This document shows, one piece after another, positions 1-12,315 of a DNA stretch of 64,000 bases. The DNA comes from Takakia lepidozioides (taxonomy: Eukaryota; Plantae; Bryophyta), in NCBI GenBank assembly GCA_030704615.1, contig CM060732.1, forward strand, positions 69,998,001 to 70,062,000, given 5' to 3'. The notes beneath the pieces are model-generated. The model searched no databases, was not told where the DNA came from, and worked only from the letters and a program-made list of their open reading frames with translations. The position numbers were made by a program, and so were the translations under genes. The first letter of the stretch is position 1. Every line of letters starts with the position of its first letter.

Positions 1-2909
1 CACCGCCTTCATCTCTTTTTCGTGCGTCGGCCACCGTCGCTCCACTTCATTCAGTTTCTTACTTTCGTAAGCCACTGGACGTCCATCTTGCATCAGTACA
101 CCCCCAATCGCGAAGTCCGACGCATCTGTATGTATCTCGAACGGACGATCGAACTCCGGGATTTTCAAGACTGGAGCTTCCGCCATCCGCTGCTTCAATT
201 CAGCGAAAGCTTGGCCACAAAAGGTGTTCCATGCCCAGACTTTAGATTTACACAGAAGGTCTGACAGCGGCCCCGCAATCTTGGCAAAATTTCTCACATA
301 CTTCCGGTAATAGGAGGCGAGTCCTAGGAAGGATCGCACTCCCGGGACCGAAGTCGGAGGCTCCCAGTCCAAAATTGCCCTCACCTTCCTGTCATCCATT
401 TTGATCTCATCCTGTATAATCACATGCCCCAGGAACTCCACTTTCGTGACCCTGAATTCGCACTTTGAAGCTTTGGCGTACAGCTTCCCTTCCCACAACT
501 TTTGGAACACCCTTTTGAGGTGCTCCAGGTGCTCCTCCTTTGTTTTCGAGTACACCAAGATGTCGTCGATGTACACGATCACAAAGTCATCCAACCACTC
601 CTGGAAAAGGCTGTTCATCAGCGTGCTAAAGGTCGCAGGTGCATTGGTGAGCCCAAAAGGCATCACCAAGAACTCATATGAACCATGCCTTGTCCTGCAT
701 GCGGTCTTCTCCTCATCTCCTTCCGCCACCCGAATTTGGTGATAGCCGGAGCGCAAGTCGATCCGGCTGAAATACTTCGCTCCTGCCAACCGTTCGAAGA
801 GGTGGTCGATCCTTGGCAAAGGGTACCGGTTTTTGATAGTCACCTTATTCAGAGCCCTGTAATCGACACACATCCGTAGCGTCCCATCCTTCTTGTCTGC
901 AAATAGCACCGGGGCTCCGTAAGGTGACTTACTCGGCCGGATGTACCTCTTTGACATTAGATCCTTGAGTTGAGTTTTCAGCTCAACCAACTCTCTGTGG
1001 CTCAACCGGTAGGGCGCCTTGGCAGGCGGTTCCGATCCCGGTATCACCTCAATCTTGTGGTCAACTCCTCTTCGCGGTGGCAAGCCGCTTGGTAAATCCT
1101 CCGGCATCACATCCTGGTATTTCTCCAAAATCCCCTTGATCCAATTTGGGCTCGGCTCCCCATCGCCTTCTCTTTTCACTTCTCTAATGTAAAGCAAAAA
1201 CTGGGGCTCGTGTGCCTCCTCCATGGCCCACTCCCTTGCTGATAAAATGTTTATTCGCCCTCCCACGGATTTGGGCGTTTCCGACACTCGTAAGACCTCG
1301 CCACCATTCCCACATGGCAGCGTGACTACTCTCTTGCGGCCATCTATGACCGCTCCGGATTTGCTCAAAAAGGTCATCCCCAAAATGAGATCCACTCCAT
1401 CGATCTCGCAGATGGTGAAGTTCTCACGTCCCTCCCAACTCCCCAGTTGAAGAGGAACATCAAACGCCAACCTTGTCGCCATCTGTGGTTCTCCTTTGGC
1501 AGAACGCACCTCAATAGAGGCCCCCACGTCGCTTGTCGGGAGTCCCAACTTTCGCGCCGCCGCCGGCGTCATGAAGGAGTGCGACGCTCCTATGTCCACC
1601 AACAACGACACGTTAGTTCCGGATATTATCCCATCCACGAACAATAACTGACTCCCTTTACGCAGGGCGCCAGTTTCCTGATACAACTCACAAGAATAGT
1701 TGCCTACCTTGCAAGTCCTGGCGACCACCGCTTCCACCAAGCGACTGATGGTATCTTCAGACAGTTCCGTGGTTGCCCGAGTCATGTTCAATTGTCGAGG
1801 CTTCGTGCACTTCTTGGCCATGTGCCCGGGCTCCCCGCAATTGAAACACACTCCATCAAAGGTCGCCTTCTGTCCGCCATAAGCCGCTCCACCCGCTTTT
1901 CCTTTCGAAGCACCGGGTGCCGCCTTGACGTGTGAAGGCCCTCCCTTCGATTTCCACGTGCCATTGTCGCCGCGTGGCCTATCTCACTTCTTTTCCGGTC
2001 GGAAGGAGTCACCTTCCCGCCGGGTCTTCTTGTGGTTCAGCTCCGTACGGCCTTGTCTCTCACCCCTAGGGACATCCGAGAAACATTCAGCCCTCTCAAT
2101 TGCCTCGTTCAAAGTCTTGGGTGGCTTCTCCTCCAACTTCCGCCTGGCCCATGGGGCCAGTCCCGCCACAAAGTTGAAGACCATTTCTGGTTCTGCCATG
2201 TCCACGACTTCAAGCAACAGCACATTGAAAGCCTGGACATACCCCCGAATGTCATCTGTTTGCTTCAAATTCCTCATCTTGTCCCGGGCAAGCCAGGACG
2301 CGTTGAGGGGCACAAACTGTCTCTTCATAAATTCCTTGAACCCACTCCAGTTCAAGGTTTCCGGGCTTGGGCCTCGGTCGTGAAGGCGTTTCTGCCACCA
2401 TTGTTGAGCATAGCCCCTCAAATAGGTGGGAGCCACTTCCACCCGATCCTCGTCACTCAACTTGGCCGCCCGGAAGTACTGCTCTAGCTCCAGGAGCCAA
2501 GTGTTGAGTGCCTTCCAATTTCGAACGCCCTCGAAGGTGCCGGGTTCCTTAGGCTTCACCTTAAACTTTGCCTTAGTGGAAGTGGCATTAGCCGCCTTCA
2601 ACACGTCTTTCAACGTCCCGCCAAACTACGCCAACAACCCTTCCCAAAAAGCTGCCGGCATGGGAGGCATCTCTTGGTTTGTCGGAGCTCTCAAGGATTC
2701 CTCGGGCTCCGACTCCTCGGATTCCCCCCGCTCTTGAGCGGCCTCGTTTTCGGAAACATTCATCGCTTCCTCAAACGGCCGCCTCGGTGACACGTCGCCC
2801 CCATCGGGCTCACCAGGGTCATCATCTTTTGGGCCGTTCCGCTTTCGCTTCGGCTTGCCCGACCCCATTATGAGGCCAATCCCAAGGACGATCGCGTACT
2901 GAACTCTAA

Positions 2910-2921
2910 GCTTTGATACCA
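2910..2921 (-). promoter_or_regulatory. Primer-binding site (tRNA-iMet type)
   Basis: Minus strand reads TGGTATCAAAGC, 2 nt from the LTR end; the canonical site is TGGTATCAGAGC. Confidence 0.85.
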
Positions 2922-2923
2922 AG

Positions 2924-3645
2924 TGTCGCGCACCTCCCTTCGGTAAGCTCCCCTTCACGTCATAGTTACTCGCTTTGATGCGCGCGCCTGACTCCCAACT
3001 TGGCCGCCGGGCCAACTTGGAGCTTCGGCTGCTCACCGGGACATAACGGTCCCCCTTTGCTTCCCACTAAACCCTCCACCTATTTGGGACTAGTGGAATT
3101 CCCTTTGGTAGATGGCAGTCCAGAACAACTCCCCACTCTTTGGTCGCTTTCCGGCTCGCTCGCTTACTCACTAGTTTTTGGTCACCAACGGGCTTGCACC
3201 GTTCTCGGGTTACTACTCCCTATATATACTTCTGTAGCTGTCCGCGGGGGTTCATAACCAGCCATGCCATTTTATGGCGAACCACCACGAAAACCCTCGA
3301 CTCCCGGTGATGAGTCGCGGTGAGTCTTGGCCCACTCACCACGGCCCCTATGGACCGTGATGAGTCCCAAGACTCCCCACGACTCCCACCACGAGGTCTC
3401 CGCCCCATGGTGAGTCCTATGCCACCCCCACTAAGTCCCGCTAAGCTACCACCACCCCTTGTGGAGCCACCCCCACCGCAACCCGGTGTGCGGGGCTCCA
3501 CCTAGTGAGCGCCTCCGCCTCCTTCAGTGCCTTGGGCACTCAAGGGTGCTTCAGCCCCCCATACCTATCGCTGCCGATGCCCCCACCACAAGGGCAGCCC
3601 CTCATGTGTCCCGACCCCCTGCCCTCAAGGCAAAGGGCCGCGACA
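2924..3645 (-). repeat. 5' LTR (722 bp)
   Basis: Bounded by the perfect inverted termini TGTCGCG...CGCGACA. The PBS lies on the inner side, and the outer side abuts the integrase of another element. Confidence 0.85.
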
Positions 3646-5300
3646 CTACGAGACAACACTGCCAGATCAATAGCCAAATTCTTATATGAAAACATCATCA
3701 CACGATTTGGTTGCCCACTGGAATTCGTCAGTGATCAGGGATCATATTTCATAAATGATGCCATAAAATGCTTGACGAAGGAGTTCATGATTATACATCA
3801 CAAGAGTACTGCTTACTATCCTCAAGGAAACGGTCAGGCCGAATCTACCAACAAAATATTATGCACTATCTTAACCAAGATAGTAAATGCCAATCGTACA
3901 GATTGGGACACCAAGTTGAACACAACACTATTGGCATTCAGGACATCATACAAGGTGACCACGAAGCATACACCATTTCAACTGGTGTATGGAGCAGAGG
4001 CACTATTACCTATTGAATGTATGATACCCACACTACGAACCATAACTCATGAACGATGGGGTTTAGAAGAATCCTTACGAGTCAGGGAATATGAGTTATT
4101 CCATTTGGAAGACGTTCGAGCAGATGCCGTAGATAATATGGCACGGATTCAGGAACAACGAAGGAAAAGAATATCCGAAGGGAAAGAGAAATCTTTCTTG
4201 GACGGGGACATTGTATTATGGTTACCAAAAATCAAGAAGATCAAACTGGGCGGAAAATTGAAAATGCCATGGATGGGACCATTTCAAATCAAAAGGGTAC
4301 ATGACAATGGAACTATTGATTTGCAAACCTTGGAACAAGGATTCGTGGGACGAATTAATATTAACAAGTTAAAAGGCTACCAGGGAATACATGACAAAGC
4401 CCTTATACATGATTTATACGCCAACGAGGAAGATCAAACTGAAGATGAGGAGCGCGAAACCACCAATGCCTACTACATTCATCACGACACGGTGAATCAG
4501 CATGTACTAAGACAGGTGGCAACACGAATTCAGGGCACCACGACGGCTAGACCACCATTTATTTGGAGGACAACATTACCACCCCGTATATCGTATGGTG
4601 AACCGTGGCTAGCACAGATGCCCTACAGAACAGTGAACGAATATGAAACGGCCAACGAGTCACTGCTTGTGTTAAACTCCGAGATGTATGCTCCAGATCA
4701 CCCCACCGACAGTGGTTATCATACGCCACTACCCTACGATCATAACACAGAGGCAGAACGATGGCGCAATCCAATGGATTGCCAAAAGACGGCCGATGAT
4801 AAGGGCAAAGCCATTAAACCAAGCTGCAAGTACTGCGCCCACGCCGCCCATCTAAAAACGGACCACGTACCAAAGTGGATGAACATAGCTCAGAGGGATG
4901 AACATAAACTGACTGAAACTGGACAATCATCAACGACCATCAGTTTTAAGCAAAACAAATCACGAAGAAAAAACCAACGGAAGAAAATCAAGCACAAAAG
5001 GGATGAAGTTGTCTCAAAACCGTTACCAGAGGCTAAATGCTTCTTGGTAAGCCTAGGCCCAACAATTAAAGCTAACTACGCTTTAAACCTAGGCAACCAG
5101 CAGGACATAATTACCTCCACGAGAACCTCGAGAGAAGTTAGAGGAGAAACCTACAGAGAGGAACCCCTACTTAAACCCAGGAGTGAACTCCTCACCTTCT
5201 CTTCCGCAAACTGGAAATTGACTAATTTTGAAATGAAACTTGGGCTATAGGATTAAAGTCACAGCCCTCTTACCCCCTGCAATTGCCAGTGGAGGGGCAA
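3646..5300 (+). mobile_element. 3' part of a second Gypsy element (integrase core plus long C-terminal extension), interrupted by the element at 1-3645
   Basis: rve motifs RFGCPLEFVSDQG and STAYYPQGNGQAE, plus the GPY/F motif PWMGPFQI. The first ~47 aa of ORF 3505-5250 are antisense LTR sequence. Confidence 0.9.
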
Positions 5301-5587
5301 CTATGGGGGGTAAAATCCAAAAATTTCGCCAAAAAACGCAAGTAGTTGAGTATCAAAGAGCTTGATTTTGCCAACGTCGACCAGTTAAAATATGCCACCT
5401 GACATATAATCACTTTTCTAACCGAGCCATCTCGCTATTCTCGCCACATGGGCTCTGGGTAGGATTCACAAGTGGCCCCGCCGCCGATTCTGGAGACAAA
5501 AATAAAACAAAATAAAACAACAACACTTCTTCCCTTATGTATCTGTATGATTGTTATTTGGGGTATGATCTTTTAGGTACATGTTGG

Positions 5588-7325
5588 TACACGAAACTCT
5601 TCTCTGACAGTGTTTTTGTTCATAAACCAAGTGTTTTGAACCAATATGGAGGGACATGGACTGAGAGATTTGAATTGCTTCGCCATAACAAAAGAGTTTA
5701 ACAACACGAAACTTTTCTCTGACAGTGTTTTTGTTCAAAATCCTGCATGGTTTTGAACCAATATGGAGGAACATGGACTGAGGGATTTGAATTGCTTCGC
5801 CAGAACAAAAAGAGTTTCTCAACATGAAACTCTTCTCTGAAAGTGTTTCTGTTCAAAAACCTGCATGCTTTTGAACCAATATGGAGGGACATGGACTCAT
5901 GGATTTTAATTGTTTTGCCATAACAAAAAGAGTTTCTCAACACGAAACTCTTCTCTGGCAGTGTTTTTGTTCAAAAACCTGCATATTTTGAACCAATATG
6001 AGGGACATGGACTGAGAGATTTGAATTGTTTTATCATAACAAAAGAATTTCTCAACACGAAACTCTTCTCTGACAGTGTTTTCTACATATTTTGAACCAA
6101 TATGAAGGGACATAGACTGAGAGATTTAAATTGCTTCGCCATAACAGAAGAGTTTATCAAGGAGACTCTTCTCTGATAGTGTTTTCTGCATGCTTTTGAA
6201 CCAATATGGGGGGACATGGATTGAGAGCTTTAAATTGCTTCGCCATAACAAAAGAGTTTCTCAACACGAAACTCTTCTCTGACAGTATATTTGTTCAAAA
6301 ACCTGCATGTTTTTGAACCAATATGGAGGGACGTGGACTGAGAGATTTGAATTGCTTCGCCATAGCAAAAGAGTTTCTCAATACGAAACTCTTATCTGAC
6401 GGTGTTTTTGTTCAAAAATCTGCATGCTTTTGAACCAATATCGAGGGGAATGGACTGAAATATTTGAATTGCTTCGCCTTACAAAAGAGTTTCTCAACAC
6501 GAAACTCTTCTGTGACAGTATTTTTGTTCAAAAACCTGCATGCTTTTGAACCAATATGGAGGGACGTGGACTTAGAGATTTGAATTGCTTCGTTATAACA
6601 AAAGAGTTTCTCAATACGAAACTCTTTTGGGATAGTTTATTTGTTCAAAAACCTGCATGCTTTTGAACCAGTATGGAGGGACATGGACTGCGATATTTGA
6701 CTTGCTTCGCCATAACAAAAGAGTTTCTCAATACAAAACTCTTCTCTGACAATGTTTTTGTTCATAAACCTGCCTGTTTGGAACCAATATGGAGGGACAT
6801 GGACTAAGAGATTCGAATTGTTTCGCCATAACAAAAAAGTTTCTCAACACGAAACTCTTCTATGACAATGTTATGGCTCAAAAACCTGCATGCTTTCGAA
6901 CAAATATGGAGGGATATGGACTGAGGGATTTGAACTCTTTGTTGTGACAAAAGAGTTTCTCAACACAAAACTCTTGTCTGAAGATGTTTTTGGAGGGATA
7001 TAAACTGAGAGATTTGAACTATTTGGCCGTAACAAAAGAGTATTTCAACATGAAACTCTTGTCTGACAGTGTATATTTGTTCAAAAACCAGTATGCTTTG
7101 AGACAATATGGAGGTATTGAATTGAGGGAATTGAACTGCTTTCCAATAACAAAAGAGTTTCTCAACAAGAAACTCATGTCTGACATTGTTCTTGTTCAAA
7201 AACTTGCATGCTGTTGAACCAATATTGAGAGATATCAACTGAGGGATTTGAACTGCTTCGTCGTGACAAAAGAGTTTTTCAAAACGAAACTCTTGTCTGA
7301 CAGTATATTTGTTCAAAAACATGTG
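5588..7325. repeat. Tandem repeat, ~117-118 bp unit, ~15 copies
   Basis: The recurring unit is ...AAAAGAGTTTCTCAACACGAAACTCTTCTCTGACAGTGTTTTTGTTCAAAAACCTGCATGCTTTTGAACCAATATGGAGGGACATGGACTGAGAGATTTGAATTGCTTCGCCATAAC. Copies diverge more toward the right end. Confidence 0.95.
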
Positions 7326-7865
7326 CGATTTTCTCTGGGCATCTCAAGAATATTTTTCATATTTTTTCATGTTTGTGAGCATCGTAACTGCACGCTACCC
7401 AACTTCTCTTCAAGGATAAGAGTTTCGCACTGCAAATGCATATCTCAATATGTAATTGTACTAGTTGTTAGGAGAGAGAGTTTCGCTCTGCAAAAATATA
7501 CATGGGTAGGGCTTTTAAAAGTAACATATTCATCATTTCAGCTATAGTGTGATTTCTTCTCAGGCTGGTTGGTACACAGTTTCGTCGTGCGAAATTATCC
7601 ATGGGTGATGATCTTAAACTTAAGGTTAGGCCTCACTACCCACTCTAATGTCTGTTATGAAAAGGGCCTGATATTGTGTGAGCACAACGTCAGAAAAAAC
7701 CACGCTTATAGGGTAACATGTTCATCAGGTATAGGGGCTACTTGTTCTTCATGTTTTAGTTTCGTAAAATTGTTAGTTTCGCCAATTCCGTTTCGCTGTG
7801 GAAATTTCGCGGAAATTTTGTGGAAATTCGGGGAATATGCCCTTGTGCTCACGCGCTACCTAACC

Positions 7866-8560
7866 TCATGGGATCACAGATAACACAATGGATGTCATTG
7901 CCAAATAAAATGACAAGCTGTCACACACTATAAAAATTATTACCGGGAGTTGTTCATAGGTTATTGATGCATTGTTGTTTTCATAACCAAGAGGAGGTTG
8001 CAATGGTCCAACAAAAGAGGCAGTTGCGACCAATGCAGCTGTCACTGAGATGGCATTTGCGGCTGCAGTGAGATTTTCTTTAATATCCCGTGTGATGGTA
8101 ACCACCTCTTCATACCACCATGCACGATCCTCCTCTGTCGCGGAAACTCCATGATGAGGAGTATTTCCTTGACGATCTTTCTCCCATATGTCCAAACCGG
8201 CTTGCAACAACAAATTGATACACCTTTTCTTCCCACTAGATCTTTTAGAACTATCTTTTGTTTTTCTATTTTTCCATCTGCGTTGCAAAGCATAATAATT
8301 TACAACATCACCCAAATGTTACTTTTTGTTACCATCATGAGATAGAACTGCATTTGACGCTGTTAAATGTAGTGCGGTTTCCTTCAGAGGTCCTCCTTTA
8401 ACCAATGGGTCAAATAAGTTGTTGTCCAAGATCAATCTTACACCTTCTGGATGCCCAACAACAACAACAATATGCAACACACTAAGATTGACCTCCAGAT
8501 TCACCTTCGACCAATGATTGTGGTCCCAGCTAGTGTCAACCGAAGACTTGTTGTCAAGTC
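7866..8560 (-). pseudogene. Ankyrin-repeat / PGG-domain transmembrane protein remnant (ACD6/ITN1-like)
   Basis: Ankyrin-like segments ETALHLTA and LLLQAGLDIWEKDRQGNTPHH, and the PGG motif AISVTAALVATASFVGPLQPPLG. There is an in-frame stop at 8319 and the C-terminus is truncated. Confidence 0.75.
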
Positions 8561-8654
8561 TTCCGGAATCGTACGCTCTATCATTCTGACAAACATTAAT
8601 CCATTGGTCAGCTCGAGCAGCAAATCACTTTCTCATTGTTGTATATATTGTCAG

Positions 8655-9688
8655 TGGGATGAACAGGATGTCGCGACGTATGTGTTGCTATCAAACATCT
8701 ATGCCGCAGCTGGAAGGTCGATAGTGCAAAGATGAGAAAAATGATGAAGGTCAAAGGGGTTAGAAAGGATCCAAATCGCTACTGCTTTGAGGTTGGCAAC
8801 AGGATGCACTGTCATGGTTTTAGTTATGGTTAACTAGAATTACCTACTTCTAGTTAACTAGGACATTTTGGATATTTATATTTGTATTTTGTGTGTTGGG
8901 ACTTCATTTGGTCTCATATACCAAATGAGGTGTACGTCAAGCCTCACTTGGGACATGGGAAAGAGGTTTTCCCTTGTGAGTGTTGAGGAGGGCTCATCTT
9001 CTTGTAGTTGAGCCTCCATGAGCCTCTCTCACCTCCATAGCTCTAGGTATTGAGAAGGAGTGTGTTGAGGGCTTTGTAGGGTGGATTCCTTAAGCAAAGG
9101 TGCCCTTGGCTTGACTTAGTTTATGTGATAGAGTGGATTTCACTTGGAAGGATTAGGGCTTGTTCTTAGTGTGATTGCTTCATGCTTAGAGGGCTTTCAT
9201 TGTCTTCCACATTACTCATCTCTTATCATTGTGGCATAGCTTTCTAGGATTGTATGCTTAGAATGTGTGGTGGACAACGATGTATATAGTGACACGATGC
9301 TTAGGTGCACGACAACACACCTTTGTTGTAGATGACAACTTGCATCCCAAAATCAAGGAAATCCATTGCTGAGTTGAGAAGATTGTATGGGCAGATGAAG
9401 GAGGCAGGGTATGTGCTTGACACACATTTTGTATTGCATGATGTGGAGAAGGAGCAAAAAGAATTTTCTCTTTGCTACCACAGTGAGAAGCTGGCCATTG
9501 GTTTTGGGCTGATCAGCAGGGCCCTTAGGATGCCTCTCCATCTCATCAAGAATCTTTGGGTGTGTGGTGATTGCCACACCTCCACCAAGTTCATCTCAAA
9601 GATTGTTGGCCGAGCAATTGTTGTACAAGACGCTAACCATTTTCACCACTTTGAAGATGGGGTTTGTTCTTGTGGGGATTACTGGTGA
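8655..9688 (+). pseudogene. PPR protein E/E+/DYW C-terminal remnant, split by a solo LTR
   Basis: YVLLSNIYAAAGR (E domain) followed by HSEKLA, CGDCH and CSCGDYW*. No upstream PPR array; contains a frameshift and an insertion. Confidence 0.9.
8810..9314. mobile_element. Solo LTR (~505 bp)
   Basis: Termini are TGTCATG...CACGACA with flanks GCAC/ACAC. Removing it restores the PPR E+ reading GNRMH-TFVVDDNLHPKI. Confidence 0.75.
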
Positions 9689-10319
9689 AAAGATGTTTTC
9701 TTGGAAAGGTTTCTGTAACTTGTGTCGACGATGTCCAAGCCTGGAACAAAATCATAACCTCAATGGGTTCAAACTTCAAACGTACCCATCAAATGCTTAA
9801 CCATCTTTAAGCTAGTATTTCTTTGTTGGTGTAAGAAAACTGTGTGTTTGTGTGAGAGGGCATCAATTGTTCGTTAGACTTAGAACTGTCGAGAAAGGAA
9901 CGAAGGAATCGACTCACTGGGGATGTTTGTATCCATGTTGGAAAATTCGGCATTGCATCTGAGTTTGGAGGGCAAGATTAGATTATCTATCTAGAGATTC
10001 TTTACAATCTGTGAAGATAAATGCCAATGAAGTACCCACTCACCTCACGAGATCAATCTTGAAAAGAAGTCATAATTTTGAGAATCTCGCCTCTCACTTG
10101 AGATATTCAGAGAATCAGTACAAATCTCACAACGCTCGTCGAGCTCATGAGATTTGCGACCTCGTTCGGCCCGATATATCTAAGTTAGGAAAAGTTTTGC
10201 CGGTAACTTACCCAGGCTTCTCTTGCATAATTTGGGATAAGGTGTCGAAGTAGCCACGTGGGCTGATCTCGCACGAGTTAAGGTCAATGCCGTCACTTTG
10301 GCTTGTCGCGACTCACAAG

Positions 10320-10470
10320 CGTGGTTCTAGAGAGGGCCGAGTCTGAAAGCTCTCTGTTTGGGCAGGGATGGTCTAGAAGCTCCATGGCACATTCTAGAGA
10401 GGGCGAGAGAGTTCTCACAGACAGCAACGGCATGGGTGATGCGTATCCTTTGGAGTTCCATAAATACTCG
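10320..10470 (+). promoter_or_regulatory. Putative heat-shock promoter (imperfect HSEs plus TATA-like box)
   Basis: TTCtaGAG / GAAgcTCC / TTCtaGAG / GAGagTTC units at 10325-10415 and CATAAATA at 10459-10466. A probable 5'-UTR intron spans 10664-10952 (GTAAGT...TTTTGCAG). Confidence 0.5.
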
Positions 10471-10972
10471 CTCGTTCTCCGACCTTGGCAAGTGTTTTAA
10501 CTGACTTTCCTTCCACTTATCGGACCTGAAGTTCTTCGTCTCTGCCCAGTCAGGGGATAGGGTGGAGATTCCGAGTCTCTCAGTCCTACTTTGGTGTGAA
10601 ATATCGCCGGTGTAGCTGGGTTCTGAGCTTGCATTTGTCCTTCAGCTCGACAGAGGTTTTTGGGTAAGTATCCAGGTTCCCTGTTGGCGTTGTGAGTCGA
10701 AACGCTGTTAGTCTCTCAGTTGGAGGACATCTTCACCCGTTTTTCTCCTATCGTTGTTTTCTTCGTGGTTTGTATTCGGTTGCGTTTCAGACTTAGTCAT
10801 GGAAAGTTTGAGTTGTGTGAAGGATGTTACTTCTTTCTCCGAGTCCCAAGTATTTCAGCTGTCGAGTCAGCTATATATCCGTCTTTCTGACATTCGCCTT
10901 ACCCACGTGGTCTGTTGTGATGACGTTCTCACATTGCTTCGCAATTTTGCAGTTTAAAAGTCAAGATTTGTC

Positions 10973-12315
10973 ATGGCCGCTTGTGCCATCGCAACTCCGG
11001 TTACGATGCTTGGAGTTCCATCTGTGATGCCCGCTCGCGCTGCTTCAGCAAAGCTCGCGTGCTTGAAAGCCTCGTTCTTTGGAATGAAAGAGGGGTTTAC
11101 TTACAAGGGAAAGTATGTTAACGCGATCCGTCTCCAGCCAGGCGTCCGCCCAATGGCTACCTCTGCTGCACGGGAGGGCAACGGTTCAGGAGACTCAAGC
11201 TCCAGCATTAACGTCCAGATTACCACTCCCGATGGAGGTGTCGCTAATCGCCCAAGAGGGAGAGGAAGAGGCAGATCCGACCTCGCCACACCATTGGGGG
11301 GACTTCTTGGTAAGAAATTATGTGGAGAACTATCTGAATCATCAGTTTTTCTAGTTCGTCTTTTTGCGGGCGGTTTGCTTCTTGAACTTGCGCACATTGC
11401 TTTTAAAGAGTACCGAATTATCAGAAACCCAGTTAGTCCTTACTGAGATCACAGAATATTTCAAGATAAAGTTGGAGTTCTGCTCCAGAGATTTGGAGGC
11501 AGTTGCTGCTCTTCTAGACGCACCGTTTCTAGCGAACAGAAGACTGAGTCCTGCCAGGTCCTCCACGCGATGTTATTCGCCATGGAGTTGACTGTTCCAC
11601 GTTGTTATGGCTGCAGATTTGTGGGATCCCTTCCTTTCCTCGAGGAGTCTGTTGCAGATGATGGACACAGTTGACCGCTACTTTGATGATCCTTTCTATT
11701 CCACTCCATCACGTGCCACCCAAAACACCACCACGTCAGCGGCTCGCACCCCTTGGGACGTCATGGAGGACGCAGAAGGCTTTAAGCTCCGGGTGGACAT
11801 GCCAGGGCTCAGCAAGGAGGAGGTAGACATTCAATGGTAGAGCGTGTTACGCATTACAGCTGGAGCTGGAGAAGTTAGGAATGTGACTATGGTTCAGATG
11901 CCTGAATGGGTGATGAAGCTACTTCTGGGTTTGGGAAGTATTTTTTCACATGTGGTCCATAATGTAATGTCCCTGTGGATTGTTGAAGTACACATTCCTT
12001 TTGAGTGTTTGTGCAGTTGTTTCAGTTCCTCCCATCATTAATACAATCAAATTTGTATCTGAAATGATTCAGGTGAACGTGACAGTTGAAGACGGGACTT
12101 TAGTCATCAAGGGCGAGCACAAAGCAGAAGAGAATGATGGTGAGGACAAATGGGTTTCCAGAAGCTATGGATCTTACAGCACGCGGGTGCTTCTCCCGGA
12201 CTACGTACAAGTTGATAAGATCAAAGCAAAACTTAGTAATGGAGTACTGAATGTGGTGGTGCCAAAGGTAAAGACGGAGAAGAAGAAAGCAGTCATCGAT
12301 GTGCAAGTAGGCTGA
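10973..12315 (+). CDS. Chloroplast-type small heat-shock protein (HSP20/alpha-crystallin), 261 aa; exons 10973-11309, 11617-11822, 12073-12315
   Basis: GT-AG introns join in frame (786 nt). The protein has a transit-peptide-like N-terminus, the Met-containing region LWDPF...LLQMMDTVDR, and ACD motifs RTPWDVME, RVDMPGL and LSNGVLNVVVPK. It is HSP21-like. Confidence 0.93.

Larger units (their letters stand above)
1..3645 (-). mobile_element. Ty3/Gypsy LTR retrotransposon (5' LTR, PBS, gag-pol running off the window start)
   Basis: Gag ORFs lie at 2626-3036 and 1984-2613, separated by in-frame stops. Downstream motifs are the zinc knuckle [14 protein letters not shown] (~1810-1850), protease [11 protein letters not shown] (~1570-1605), and RT motifs KAPYRL...[11 protein letters not shown] (841-1020) and YIDD (~562-573). 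Confidence 0.95.

Noticed and set aside
3505-3645. Pro-rich N-terminus of the 581-aa ORF as a novel integrase fusion
   Set aside because: It is antisense LTR sequence of the nested element that happens to be in frame.
5535-7322. 39-aa repeat protein encoded by the 117-bp array
   Set aside because: Frames are broken by stops, 118-bp units and deletions, and there is no start or splice context.
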